64,000 nucleotides of DNA. Source: Azolla caroliniana. Lineage: Eukaryota > Plantae > Polypodiophyta. The DNA lies in contig JBHGNT010000003.1 in NCBI GenBank assembly GCA_043228905.1, forward strand, positions 11,098,001-11,162,000. Direction: 5' to 3'. The notes beneath the pieces were generated by a model. It worked only from the letters and a program-made list of their open reading frames with translations, did not search any database and was not told where the DNA came from. Position numbers and translations under genes: made by a program. Of the stretch, positions 10,651 through 22,460 are shown piece by piece; the stretch's first letter is position 1, and the number at the start of each line of letters is the position of its first letter.

Positions 10651-11249
10651 TGTCGAGGTGTTCCTCGCGGATGCGTGGAATGAGGCGGGGCCTCGGGGGT
10701 CTTGTACCGAAGAGCAAGAGACAAAGGAGAAGGGAAGGGACCCACTACGTGTGGGCGTAGATTCACAGGGGCACGGCCCTTCGACACAAAGACGCGAGTG
10801 AGACACCGACGCAGAGAAGCACGAAGTCGGTTACAACCGAACAGGCCGGCGAACAGATGTTGATGCCTGTTCGTAAATGCTCAGAAAGAAAGGAGTAGGT
10901 TGGAGGTGCTACCGGAAGCACTCGGGCATTCCTCAGAGCAGCACGAGCCTCCCGAAAACCTGCACAGAAAGAAGCTACGGAGTATGGAAGAGAGAGAAGC
11001 CTTCGGCTGACAACCCGACAGCATTTCGTCCTCTCTAACCGCGATCCCTTTCCTCCTCCCCGTCTCCCTCCTTTTATAGGCAAGAAAGGAGCCGTTTCCC
11101 ATTAACTTCCTACCTACTGAATCTACCTACCTAGGATCTTCTATGTACCTAATTCTCTTTTATGGACAACATAAGGCGTACGTGCATGAAGAGCCGGTTC
11201 CTACGCTCCGGTGCACCGATTCCGCTTGTGGACGGTTTTCTTCACGACA
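10651..11249 (-). repeat. 5' LTR of the Trp-primed Gypsy (599 bp)
   Basis: TGTCG...CGACA termini; TATAAAAG on minus near 11075; bounded by the PBS and a different repeat. Confidence 0.88.
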
Positions 11250-11678
11250 CCGTGGTGAGAATTTACCGTAGTATTCTATACACGTGGTAAGTGTGAGGGT
11301 TAAATAAGAGTGTAAAGAAGGGGAGGATTACTTTTAAATCCTCGGGATTGAGACAACCCATTAGGCCAAGTGTGAACATGGCTGGGGCCCTTGGGTCTTG
11401 CTATAAATAGAGGCCTAGCTACCCTCATTTGAGGATCTTGTTGACTACGTCGAGACTTTGTGTTGTGGTGGGTCAACTCTTGTAGCGAGTGTGCCAACAC
11501 CAGGTACGACTCGACGCCACGACGGTGGTATGGGATGCCGATCGAGGCTCGAGTCTGTCTCGATCCCTTCGCTCGGGGGTGGTTGGGTGGATCGACACCC
11601 TTCTTTCTCTCTCTCCTTTCTTTCTACCTACCTAGATCTATCCTTATCTAATGCTTACTTTAGTACATGTGTCTAATA
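11250..11678 (+). repeat. Chromovirus LTR (family LTR-A), 5' part cut off by the Gypsy insertion
   Basis: Homologous to 42182-42638, 45635-46073 and 46911-47364; starts mid-LTR at CCGTG. Confidence 0.9.
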
Positions 11679-13735
11679 ATCGGCAGTTGTCGATTCAGCC
11701 ACATGGCATCTGGCGATGGAGTCGAAAATGCACTCCATTCGGGCAAACAAGACTTGGGACTTGGTCGAATTACTGAAGAATCGATGTGCTCTTCCGTGTA
11801 AGTGGGTCTATCGACTAAAAGAGACGTCCAACTCGACCACCCCAAAGTACAAGGCCCGATTAGTTGCGAAGGGATTTCGACAAGAATATGGCATCGACTT
11901 CGACGAAATCTTTTCACCAGTGGTGAAAATGACGACCCTTCGTTTCATGCTCGGCGTCGTGGCCGCCGACAACTTGGAGCTAATTCAGCTAGATGTAAAA
12001 ACGGCATTCCTCCACGGTGACCTACAGGAGGAAATCTATATGGAGCAGTCGAAAGGCTTTGTGACATCCGGCCAAGAACATCTAGTCTGCCAACTCAAGA
12101 AGAGTCTCTACGGCCTGAAACAAGCACCCTGACAATGGTACAAGAAGTTCGACGACTTCATCCAATCGGTCAACTTCTCAAAGAGCGATGAGGACCACTG
12201 TCTCTTCACCAAAACAGCTCAAGATGGGTCTCCCGTCATCCTCATCATCTACGTGGACGACATGCTACTCTCCGATCGGCATGCCGGAGAGCTCACCGAA
12301 CTCGTTCGGCAACTACAGTTGAAGTTTTCCATGAAGGACCTCGGTCCGGTAAGACACATACTTGGTATGAAGATTACTTGGTATCGCGATACACGACAAC
12401 TTTTCTTGTCTCAAACCGACTACATCGGACGTGTCTTAGAATGCTTCAACATGCAATCGGTTAAGTCTGCTTCGACCTCGCTCCCCATTAACCTTCGGCT
12501 ATCTCAGCGAGACTGTCCGACATCCGGTCCGGAGGGGGAAGATATGAAATCGGTACCGTATGCACCGGCAGTCAGCTCCCTCATGTACGTGATGGTCGCG
12601 ACACGGCCTAATATTTCTCACGCCGTAGGAGTCATCAGTAGATTCATGCACAACCCCGGCCGATCGCACTGAAACGCAGTCAAGCATTTGTTCAGATATC
12701 TAGCTGGCACAAAAGACCACGACATTCTTTTCAGCCCAAACTCAACCTCAGGCGTAGTCGGTTACACTGACTCAGACTTTGTCAGCTATGTGGACAATCG
12801 GAAATCAACAACCGAATATTGTTTCAAATTCGGCAATGGAGCAATCTCGTGGAAGTCAAAACTTCAGCAGTGCACAACCACCTCAACGACCAAAGCGGAA
12901 TATGTAGTTGCGTCCGATGCGGCAAAAGAAGCTTTATGGCTCAGTCGGCTGGCGCACACGTTTTGACAGGTCGACTCTGACTCGGCTCCAGTTGTCTACA
13001 ATGACAGTCAGGGTGTTGTTGCTTTGTCAAAAAATCCGGTTCACCACAATGCCTCTAAGCATATCGACGTTCGATATCACTTCGTTCGGGACTGCGTCAT
13101 TTCAAGGAAAATCGGTCTCGAGAAGATATCCACAACCGATAATGTCGCAGATGAAATGACCAAGTGTCTTTCGGTGGATCGTTTCCAGTCCCTTCGGCAC
13201 CAGATGGGCGTAACGAAAAATTGGTCCAGTTAAAGTCAGACACACAACACAGGATGGTTTTGGACCACAGACATCGGCTCTCTAAGGATCGGCTTTAGCT
13301 CTTCTGACCCGACCGATTCGGTCTTCTGTCTTCGGATCTTGCCGACTCTGACAAAACCGATCTGTTCGATAAACATTGTATATATACCTATAATTCTTTA
13401 AGATAACCCATGTATACGCCCATTGCGGGGGAGTGTCGAATACGAGTGTATAATGGCCGTATTCACATTGTCCCTTTGGATAGCCCAAGTTCAGGCTATT
13501 TCTGTTAATAGCATAAAGGGCAGTTGCCCTAGGATAGTCACTATATAAAGTGACTTTGTAACCTTTAGTGAAGGTTGGTTGTCATTTTGTAATTGTTGCT
13601 ATTGGAATATAACTTTTCCTTTGTGCCTCTTTCTCTCTCTCTCTCCCTCTGTGTCTATCTTGCTCATGCATACACAAGTTCTTTTTCATCACGAATGGTG
13701 CTTGCACTTCCGCATTGACGGCCTTGTCACCAACA
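11679..13735 (+). mobile_element. Older decayed Copia-1 family copy: RT-RNase H, PPT and 3' LTR (13434-13735)
   Basis: Close homologue of the reverse complement of 2889-4935, with several nonsense changes; LTR TGTCGAATAC...CCAACA. Confidence 0.94.
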
Positions 13736-14742
13736 GAAATCATGGGAGTAGTCGAAGAAGTGTTCTATGGAAGCACGCTACAACGACTTGAAGAACTTAT
13801 GGAAGAGAATAGCCAAGGAGATTAGGTAGTTCCGTTGGAATCAGTCGAGATGTACGAGATCATAGCGGAAATGGGGTTGGATATGCTCCGCAAAGAAGAT
13901 GCAATGGTGAGTACGAAATACAAGACCGTGGAAAAGAAGGTGAAACCATCTACGGGACCATTACCCGCCAATAGTGAACAAAAGATAAAAGAAGTCTCGG
14001 GAGATCCAGCACTTCAAAAGTCCGTGGATATTGGACATACCTTCACGAATGAGACCCGTGAGAAACTCCGGATCGGTGGAGATGGGTTCCTATTACTCGA
14101 AAGAAGAAGAACGACTCCGTGAGATGTTGGAGCAACATGGAAAGGCATTCACATTCACATGAAGAAAGATAGGGTGCATTGATCGGAAGATAGTGGAGGC
14201 GATGGTGATCTTCATGATTGAACATGTGCCATGGAACCTGAAGCCAATTCCGGTGCCATGAGCACATATTCCGAAAATCATTGACTTGCTCAAGAAAATG
14301 GTGGCGATGGGGATTTTAGAGCCATCAAAGGATCCGTACTCAAATTGGTGGTTTACGGTTCCAACGAAGAATGGGTCACTCCGGTTCATTCAAGATTTGC
14401 AACCGGTGAACAAGGTCACGATCCGGAACTCCAGAGTCGGTCCGATCGTGGATGAATTTGCGGAAGCGTTTGTCGGACGTGCGATAATACTCCATCGGAG
14501 ACCTATATTTCGGGTATGACCAATTCCAACTATCTGTGGAGAGCCGAGATATCACTACAATGCGGACACCAATAGGATTAGTCCAGATATGCATGCTACC
14601 ACAAGGAGTGACAAACTCGGCCGCACATATGATAAATGCAATGAACAAGGTGCTCTGAGACTGCATTCTGGAGATAACAATGCCGTTCCTAGATGACATT
14701 CTGATGAAAGGATGTGCGGTGGAAGAAAAGGATGAGAATATG
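13736..14742 (+). pseudogene. Second Phygy-like Gypsy pol, RT N-terminal half
   Basis: VSTKYKTVEKKVKP, HVPWNLKPIPV, FIQDLQPVNKVT, PFLDD; stops and frameshifts. Confidence 0.9.
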
Positions 14743-15199
14743 TGACGGGAACTGCACGCTCCCTATACGCAACGCTTGGCCACAACCGAGCTTAGAATCA
14801 TACACAAAAAAAAAACGGGAAGTAATTCACGACACGAAGAAGAGACGAGTACGCAGGATGTTTACGTGGAAAACCCAAACTAAGGGAAAAACCACGGCAG
14901 CCCACAGGCTGCAAACTATCACCATGTTGGAATGTACAACAGTGAGTTCACGGAGGCAACGACCTCGTGCTCACGATCCTCGCCACAGGCGGCGGTTACA
15001 ACAGAGGCAACGACCTCTTTCTCTCTCACTCTCTCTATACACAGTTACGTGCTCTCTTCCTCCTTATACCAACAAGAATGACAACAACCCAATTAATAGT
15101 TTGCCCTAAGTCATATTTATACTAATATGACTTTTCGGCTATTTACAAATATAGCCACGATGGGCTCTTAGAAACATATTTACGAATATGTCTCTTCAT

Positions 15200-15543
15200 C
15201 CGGTGAGCACTTCTCACCGGGTCTGCACCATCCGGCTCTCCGTAGCCGGGTACTCCTCATCCGGTTCTCACCGGGTCTGCACCATCCGTCTCTCCGTAGC
15301 CGGGGACTCCTCATCCGGTTCTCATCGGGTCTGCACCATCCGGCTCTCCGTAGCCGGGTACTCCTCATCCGGTTCTCACCGGGTCTGCACCATCCGGCTC
15401 TCCGTAGCCGGGTACTCCTCATCTGGTTCTCACCGGGTCTGCACCATCCGGCTCTCCACAGCCGGGTACTCCTCATCCGGTTCTCCACAGCCGGGTACTC
15501 CTCATCCGGTTCTCACCGGGTCTGCACCATCCGGCTCTCCGTA
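15200..15543. repeat. 54-bp tandem array in LTR-C U3 (about 6 units)
   Basis: Unit CCGGTTCTCACCGGGTCTGCACCATCCGGCTCTCCGTAGCCGGGTACTCCTCAT. Confidence 0.95.
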
Positions 15544-15913
15544 CCTAGAAGCCCGTGGAGGTGTGGACGACGCACCTAGAAGACACGGCCCTAGAGGATG
15601 AGTTGACGGAGAGCTACTACGCGAAGCTGCATTGGGCCAGGGCCACTACGGAGACCCCTGTCCGGGTTGGGGACGTGCAGGAGCCGATGGTGGCATTGAT
15701 AGACCACGGTTCGGAGATCAACTTGATGTCCATGGACTTCTACAAAAAGGGGAAATGGCCGATCAACACCAAGCACGGGTGGAAGATACCCACGGCGACA
15801 CGCGCTACGGAGGAATTGCATGGTGCGTGCTCGAATGTACGCGTAAAGATCGGCAATGTTGAGATAGATCAACACTTCTTTGTGCAGGAGATCTCCTCGC
15901 ACCCGGTGATACT
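15544..15913 (+). pseudogene. Captured Gypsy protease fragment
   Basis: HWARATTETP...ALIDHGSEINLM...SHPVIL, homologous to about 8655-9025. Confidence 0.92.
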
Positions 15914-15977
15914 TGACGGGAACTGCACGCTCGCTATACGCAACGCTTGGCCACAACCGAGCTTAGAATCTCTTCAT

Positions 15978-16205
15978 CCGGTGAGCACTTCTCACCGGGT
16001 TTGCATCATCCGGCTCTCCGTAGCCGGGTACTCCTCATCCGGTTCTCACCGGGTCTGCACCATCCGGCTCTCCGTAGCCGGGTACTCCTCATCCGGTTCT
16101 CACCGGGTTTGCACCATCCGGCTCTCCGTAGCCGGGTACTCCTCATCTGGTTCTCACCGGGTCAGCACCATCCGGCTCTCCGTAGCCGGGTAGTCCTCAT
16201 CCAGT
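15978..16205. repeat. 54-bp tandem array (about 4 units)
   Basis: Same unit as 15200-15543. Confidence 0.93.
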
Positions 16206-16291
16206 TCCGCCTCGGCCTATCGGCCTCGGCCGAGATTGTTTGTCGGCACTGTTCTTCTCACTTCCCATCCGGAGGGACCTGTCTCCCAACA

Positions 16292-16874
16292 AACTCCCCC
16301 TTCACTCCGGCATGGGGTGACTTACTAGTCCGATCCTCTTCCGGCATGCATCCAGCTTGTCGTGTGTCAGCACTTTGGTCAGCATATCTGACCCGTTCTC
16401 GGCCGTGTGGATCTTCGTCAGTGCGAACTCCTGGTCATCTACTCTTTCCCGGATCCAGTGATATCTTCGCTGGATATGCTTCGTCCGGGAATGGTAGGCC
16501 GCATTCTTAGCAAGATGGATGGCACTTTGACTATCGCAATAGAGTCGGTAGTCATCTTGCCAGATACCGAGCTCTCCGATGAAGTCCTTCATCCATAATA
16601 TTTCCTTGTCGGCTTCCATAGCCGCCATGTACTCCGCCTCCGTGGTAGACAAAGCAACCGTCTTCTGCAACCTCGACTGCCACGAAACAGCTCCCCCTGC
16701 ATATGTCATTACATACCCGAATGTGGACCGGCTGGTATCCACATCAGCCGACATGTCCGAATCGGTAAAACCGTCAAGTTGAGGTTTTCTAGAGCCGAAT
16801 CGAAGACACATATGCGAAGTGCCCTTCAAGTACCGAAGTATCCATTTGACCGCGTTCCAGTGCTCCTTCCCGGG
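16292..16874 (-). pseudogene. Copia-C RT end, RNase H and PPT
   Basis: PGKEHWNAVKWILRYLKGT, GFTDSDM, SWQSRLQKTVALSTTEAEY, TKHIQRRYHW; PPT GGAGTGAAGGGGGAG. Confidence 0.93.
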
Positions 16875-17110
16875 AGGAAAGAAAATTCTAAGGCAATTAA
16901 GAATATGAAATATATTGTAAGAAAGAAAGATATGAAAAACTCATGAATCCCACGAGTATAGTGTATTAGTGAGTACTCAAATTAAGAGAGAAAAATAGTT
17001 AGCAAACTTGTGGATCCCACGATTATATTATATTAATCAACCCTTGTAAAATAATCAACAACCTCTATACATCTTTCTCTCTTCCTTATATAGTGTTGGA
17101 GTAAAGTAAA
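16875..17110 (-). repeat. Fragment of a Phygy-like LTR
   Basis: Similar to 21200-21460, including the CCTTATATAGTG TATA context. Confidence 0.65.
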
Positions 17111-17124
17111 GTAATCTGAAGTAA

Positions 17125-17975
17125 AGTAATCTTCGGAAACTTCTTCATTATCTGATTCGACCATGACATCTTTGAAACGGGCATTTTATAACATATCCGC
17201 TACCGAGTTGTCTTTTCCCGAGATGTGTCGAACCTCCGGATTAAGTGAGTTTACATATGCAACCATCTTAGCATAGCCACATCTGGTACCGTGCAACATC
17301 GCATCATCTCGAGTATCGGAAGACAATCCGTTTCGATCACTACTTCAGCTCTGATCAAATAATCTCAATCCGATTTTATTGCCGACACGACTCCCCATAA
17401 TTTCTTTTAACTTGTGCATATCCGCGTTGCCTTTCATTGAGAACCTTTGCCCCGAATCGATTCGGATATCGCAAACCATCCGAGTCGACTTGGTTGATGA
17501 CCCATCCGATCCCGGCTCGACTTGTATCAATTGTTACTATGATCGGTCGGTCATAGTTCGGGTTCTTAAGTGCTTCTGCCCTCCGTAGTGTTTTCTTGAG
17601 CTTCTTCATGTCTTTGGTATGTTCTAGTCTCCATTCGAACTTCTTACCCTTTCACAGCGAGTGATAGAGTGGGTCCGCAATGTGTGCATAGTGCGGAATC
17701 TATATGTGATAAAAATTCACATGCACCAAGAAATCTACAGACTTCGGATTGTGACTCACATATTTCTTTCATAGCTTGAATCGCATCGATCTTGACTGGT
17801 GACGGTCTTTGGCCGTAGGGCCCACACAGATGTCCGACTACCAATATCTCTTCTTGTCCAAATGTCGATTTATCTCTGGAGAGTGTTAAGTGCATATCTT
17901 CTAACTTCTGTACCAATTTCTCACAGTTGCGAATATGGTCGACTACGAACTTTCGACATCCCCGATCATCCATAT
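17125..17975 (-). pseudogene. Continuation of the 13736-14742 Gypsy pol (RT C-terminal half and RNase H), now inverted
   Basis: NMDDRGCRKFVVDH...GHLCGPYG and RFGAKVLNERQRGYAQVKR continue directly from ...EEKDENM. Confidence 0.92.
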
Positions 17976-19277
17976 TGTTGGGAGACAAGTCCCTCCGGAT
18001 GGGAAGGGAGAAGAACAGTGCCGACAAACAATCTCGGCCGAGGCCGATAGGCCGAGGCCGGAACCGGATGAGGAGTACCCAGCTACAGAGAGCCGGATGG
18101 TGCAGACCCGGTGAGAACCGGATGAGGAGTACCCGGCTACGAAGAGTCGGATGGTGCAAACCCGGTGAGAAGTGCTCACCGGATGAAGAGATTCTAAGCT
18201 CGGTTGTGGCCAAGCGTTGCGTATAGGGAGCGTGTAGTTCCCGTCAAGTATCACCGGGTGTGAGGAGATCTCCTGCACAAAGAAGTGTTGATTTATCTCA
18301 ACATTGCCGATCTTTACGCGTACATTCGAGCACGCACCATGCAATTCCTCCGTAGCGCGTGTCGCTGTGGGTATCTTCCACCCGTGCTTGGTGTTGATCG
18401 GCCATTTCCCCTTTTTGTAGAAGTCCATGGACATCAGGTTGATCTCCGAACCGTGGTCTATCAATGCCACCATCGGCTCCTGCACGTCCCCAACCCGGAC
18501 AGGGGTCTCCGTAGTGGCCCTGGCCCAATGCAGCTTCGCGTAATAGCTCTCCGTCAACTCATCCTCTAGGGCCGTGTCTTCTAGGTGCGTCGTCCACACC
18601 TCCACGGGCTTCTAGGTACGAAGAGCCGGATGGTGCAGACCCGGTGAGAACCGGATGAGGAGTACCCGACTACGGAGAGCCGGATGGTGCAGACCCGGTG
18701 AGAACCGGATGAGGAGTACCCGGCTACGGAGAGACGGATGGTGCAGACCCGGTGAGAACCGGATGAGGAGTACCCGGCTACGGAGAGCCGGATGGTGCAG
18801 ACCCGGTGAGAAGTGCTCACCGGATGAAGAGACATATTCGTAAATATGTTTCTAAGAGCCCATCGTGGCTATATTTGTAAATAGTTGAAAAGTCATATTA
18901 ATATAAATATGACTTAGGGCAAACTATTAATTGGGTTGTTGTCATTCTTGTTGGTATAAGGAGGAAGAGAGCACGTAACTGTGTATAGAGAGAGTGAGAG
19001 AGAAAGAGGTCGTTGCCTCTGTTGTAACCGCCGCCTGTGGCGAGGATCGTGAGCACGAGGTCGTTGCCTCCATGAACTCACTGTTGTACATTCCAACATA
19101 GTGATAGTTTGCAGCCTGTGGGCTGCCGTGGTTTTTCCCTTAGTTTGGGTTTTCCACGTAAACATCTTGCGTACTCGTCTGTTCTTCGTGTCGTGAATTA
19201 CTTCCCGTTTTTTTGTGTATGATTCTAAGCTCGGTTGTGGCCGAGCGTTGCGTATAGGGAGCGTGCAGTTCCCGTCA
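17976..19277 (+). repeat. Second composite LTR-C, an inverted copy of 14743-16291
   Basis: TGTTGGGAGAC start; internal end GTTCCCGTCA at 18246; protease fragment 18247-18616; final end at 19277; arrays of about 2 and about 4 units. Confidence 0.9.
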
Positions 19278-20489
19278 CCCAATTCTTCTCGATGTTCTGG
19301 AAGCACCTCTTTAAAATGCTTAAGGTCACTTGTAACCTCTCCTCCGGCTACCACCCACAAACAAACGACCAAGTACAATGAACAAATCAAACGCTCGAGC
19401 AGTATCTTCGGTGCTTTTTAAGCTATCATCATGATGACTAGGCGGATATTCTTCACTTCGCCAAATTTGCGTATAATAACTCTGTCCACTCATCGACAAA
19501 GGTGACACCATTTTATGCTAACATGGGTTGTAACCCCCGGTGGTGTGTATTTGAAACCCTAGAGTTGCCTACAAATCCTTGTGTAGAGGATCATTTGGAG
19601 CGGCTACGTAAGATACAAGCGGATTTATCTACTCATCTATAGAAAGCTCAACAAACACACAAGGTTTATGCAGATCGTCATTGGCCTCCATCCAGTTTTA
19701 ACATTGGAGATCGGGTGTGGCTACTATGACGACACATCAAGACCACTCGCCCATGCGAGAAGTTGGATTACAGGCGATTAGGTTCTTTCCGTATTATCGG
19801 AAAAATTAATGATGTCGCTTTCCGTATTCCACAACCTCCACCGCCAATCAAACTTGAAGATGGACCTGAGTACGAGGTTGCCGCCATTCTTGATTCCAAG
19901 ATTGTTCACAACAAGCTCTAATATTTAGTCAATTGGCTAGGATATAGTCCCAGCGAGCGTACTTGGGAACCAATAGAGAATGTGACCAATGCTTGTGCTC
20001 TTCTTGAATACTTCCATCGTCAATATCCAGATAAACCGGGTCCTCGATCCAAAATGACTCGTGACACTCGTCGTTTTAAAGGGGGGATAGTGTCATGATA
20101 TAGCAAGACTCGAACCCATGACCTTATGTTACATGGGTCGAGCTCTTGACCATTCAACTATCTATCGTAATACATAAAATATTATTTTTATTTAAGTTCT
20201 ACTATAGAAAATTAATGTATATTCCAGATTTCTCCTGAGAACACTATAAAAGGAGGCACAAGGCATTATTTCGAACCAAATCGGTTCAATGCCAGTCTTA
20301 AGCCTCCTAGCCTTCCTTGTATATTCTTCTCACATAATATATCATTGTCATCATCATTTTCTCTCCCTCGATCTCTCACACACACTCTCTCTCTCCTTCT
20401 CTCGAGTGTTCGACACCCTTTATTTCTCTTAGTACTAATATTCCTCTCTTAGTACTAATTTCTTCTCTATCTTAGTACTATTCCTGACA
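19278..20489 (+). mobile_element. Tcn1-like chromovirus 3' part: integrase tail, chromodomain, PPT and LTR (20091-20489)
   Basis: EQYLRCF, FAYNNSVHSST, RPCEKLDYRRLG, EYEVAAILDSK...YLVNWLGYSPSERTWEP; PPT AAAGGGGGGATAG then TGTCA. Confidence 0.88.
20098..20167 (-). promoter_or_regulatory. tRNA-like Pol III A-box/B-box cassette inside an LTR
   Basis: TAGTTGAATGG (from 20160) and GGTTCGAGTC (from 20116), 44 nt apart, with AGGTC just before the T-arm-like segment. Confidence 0.65.
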
Positions 20490-21877
20490 TTCATTACCAA
20501 ACCATTGCCCCCTCTTTGTGTATCGCACTACGATGTCCCGCACATTTTCCAATGTATTGGTGAGGCCACTCTCAGTAGTCGTATCCACTAGAAGCACTCC
20601 AAGATCTTTCCCCGGTCCCAAACGTGCAGGCTCGTAAGAACATGATTAGTTTGTCTGGTGCAAGGATAGCTTGATCTCTTGCGGACAACCTCCCGAATCG
20701 ACTTTCGAATGTCGTAAACACATCCAGGACCTTGAGCCCATTGTCTGGTGTTTCCTCCCAATCTTCGAATCCTCTCCCCGTTGCCTTGGAGGAGTCCTCG
20801 ATAGCGAATGTGGTCTTCAGCGCTTCTTCAAACGTCGTGTCGTATCCCGTGGATACTCCCTTGAAGACCATCAGTAGCCACCCGATTGAAGGATGTCACT
20901 TGCAATCCTTCCGATATTCCTCACCGTAGCATCTCCGCCTTGTAGTCCCACAAATAACATGACACATCCTTCCCATTGAATTGCTCGTTCCGTTGCACGA
21001 GCCGCTCCACTGCCGCCACAATCTCTGACATCGCACGTTGTTCTTGTAGCATCTGCTCAAATATTGTCATCATGTTGCTAGCCTCTTGTTGATTCTCCAT
21101 CTCCTTGCCACCCGTTTTCATGTCAGGTTCACCAAATATGTCATGCCTTTTGGCGTCGGATTGTTGCGTGAGTCAGGTGGAAACCGTGGAGGTTATGGAC
21201 TAGGAGGAGAGTCTTAAGGCTAATCAGAATATGTGTATATTATAAGAAAGAGATATAGAAACCTCGTAAATCCTACAAGTGTATTGTATTATATTATTAA
21301 ACCCTTAGAATTTTAATAGTAAATTGGATTAGAATAGAAAAGATAGATCGAAAATTGGGAGCTCCCGAATATAGTCAATTAGATCAATATTTAGAACCCC
21401 AAATCAACAACAACCCCTTACAATTTGCTCCCCCATCCTTATATAGTGATGGGAGAGTCTAAGTTTACCACATGCAAGCATCATGCCTTTTCTAACTCTA
21501 GTGTACATGCACACTACATGTCCATGATTAACTTTTCCCATCATGCTTTCCTTTTAACTCAAGTGTTCATGCACACTACATGTGCATGATTAGTTTTTCT
21601 ATCACACTTTTTCATTTAACTCGAGTGTGTATGCATGAATAACTTTTTCTATCATGTTTATTTAGAATATTTAAATCTGATAAATTTGAGTATAACTTTG
21701 ATACGTATAATGTGCTAGTACAATGGCAAGGCTTGAAATTATTAACATGGAGTTACAGGGTTCAAATCTTCTCTTGTGCATGTAACATATTTACTTTAGA
21801 ATTTTCTCCTATTTCTTTAATACTTAGTCAATCGGGTACTCCACACATATTTTACGTAGTGTACAAAGTACACAACA
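20490..21877 (-). mobile_element. Decayed Phygy-like Gypsy 5' part: LTR (about 21139-21877), Trp PBS (21117-21134) and gag
   Basis: QFNGKDVSCYL and FESRFGRLSARDQ resemble the gag at 9810-10610; PBS matches 16/18 to that at 10630. Right LTR boundary is approximate. Confidence 0.8.
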
Positions 21878-21884
21878 ACGCATT

Positions 21885-22460
21885 GTGACTCGTAGAACTT
21901 GTCATCAATGGAAGGGGATAGTGTCATGAATATTTATACAAAATAACACACACACACACATATATGTATGTATATACAATTACCAATCATCATAGAGACA
22001 ATCGTATGGGAACTCGAACTCATAGTCTCCACTATGATATATCTAAATTTTAACCAATAAATTAACACTTTATTTATATTATTTATCATATACTTATCAT
22101 ATATAACCTTCATTATATGTGAGATACTTGTTATATCGCATAGGCTAATGCATGATCAACGAATCGCATGCTTACATGAATGCCAAGTGGTGATCATGCA
22201 TGGATATGAGGTAGCAAGCATTCATGGGTGCAACCATGCTATATAAGCATGCGCTTTAGTCTTTGATGCATTAATGAACCATCCCAATTCAATGCTAGCC
22301 TTCGATGTATTCTTGTAATCTTGTTCTTCTTATTAGTATGATTTCATTCTTCTCTAGTTTCATTCTTCTTTTCTTATTCTCTTTTATCATTTTATCTTGT
22401 TCTCAGCTACAGCCCTTAAACAACCTTATCAATTTTGTTAGTGCTAGAACAATGTAACAA
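21885..22460 (+). mobile_element. Tcn1-like 3' end, PPT and LTR (from 21922; end approximate)
   Basis: GTGACTCGTAGAACTTGTC...GGAAGGGGATAG|TGTCATG, the same motif as 20055-20097 and 61102-61147. Confidence 0.65.

Larger units (their letters stand above)
1..11249 (-). mobile_element. Ty3/Gypsy LTR retrotransposon (Phygy-like, tRNA-Trp primed), 3' end outside the window, interrupted by a Copia
   Basis: Minus-strand order: LTR 10651-11249, PBS, gag, CCHC knuckle (CMWCDEVGHIRKDC), protease (VDHGSEINL), RT (PFLDD), RNase H, integrase. Confidence 0.93.
14743..16291 (-). repeat. Composite 3' LTR of Copia family C (deleted LTR + captured Gypsy protease fragment + second partial LTR)
   Basis: LTR end motif TGACGGGAACTGCACGC at 14743 and again at 15914; LTR start ...GTCTCCCAACA at 16291 next to the PPT. 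Confidence 0.88.

Noticed and set aside
10611-10787. N-terminal extension of gag in the ORF track
   Set aside because: It runs through the PBS into the LTR; the likely start is the ATG at about 10607.
15200-18825. 54-bp arrays as a CRISPR array or an 18-aa repeat protein
   Set aside because: Units are contiguous with no unique spacers, there are no cas genes, and they lie inside LTRs. The ORFs arise because 54 is divisible by 3.
20098-20167. Functional tRNA gene
   Set aside because: The acceptor and anticodon stems do not pair cleanly, so it is kept only as a tRNA-like promoter cassette.
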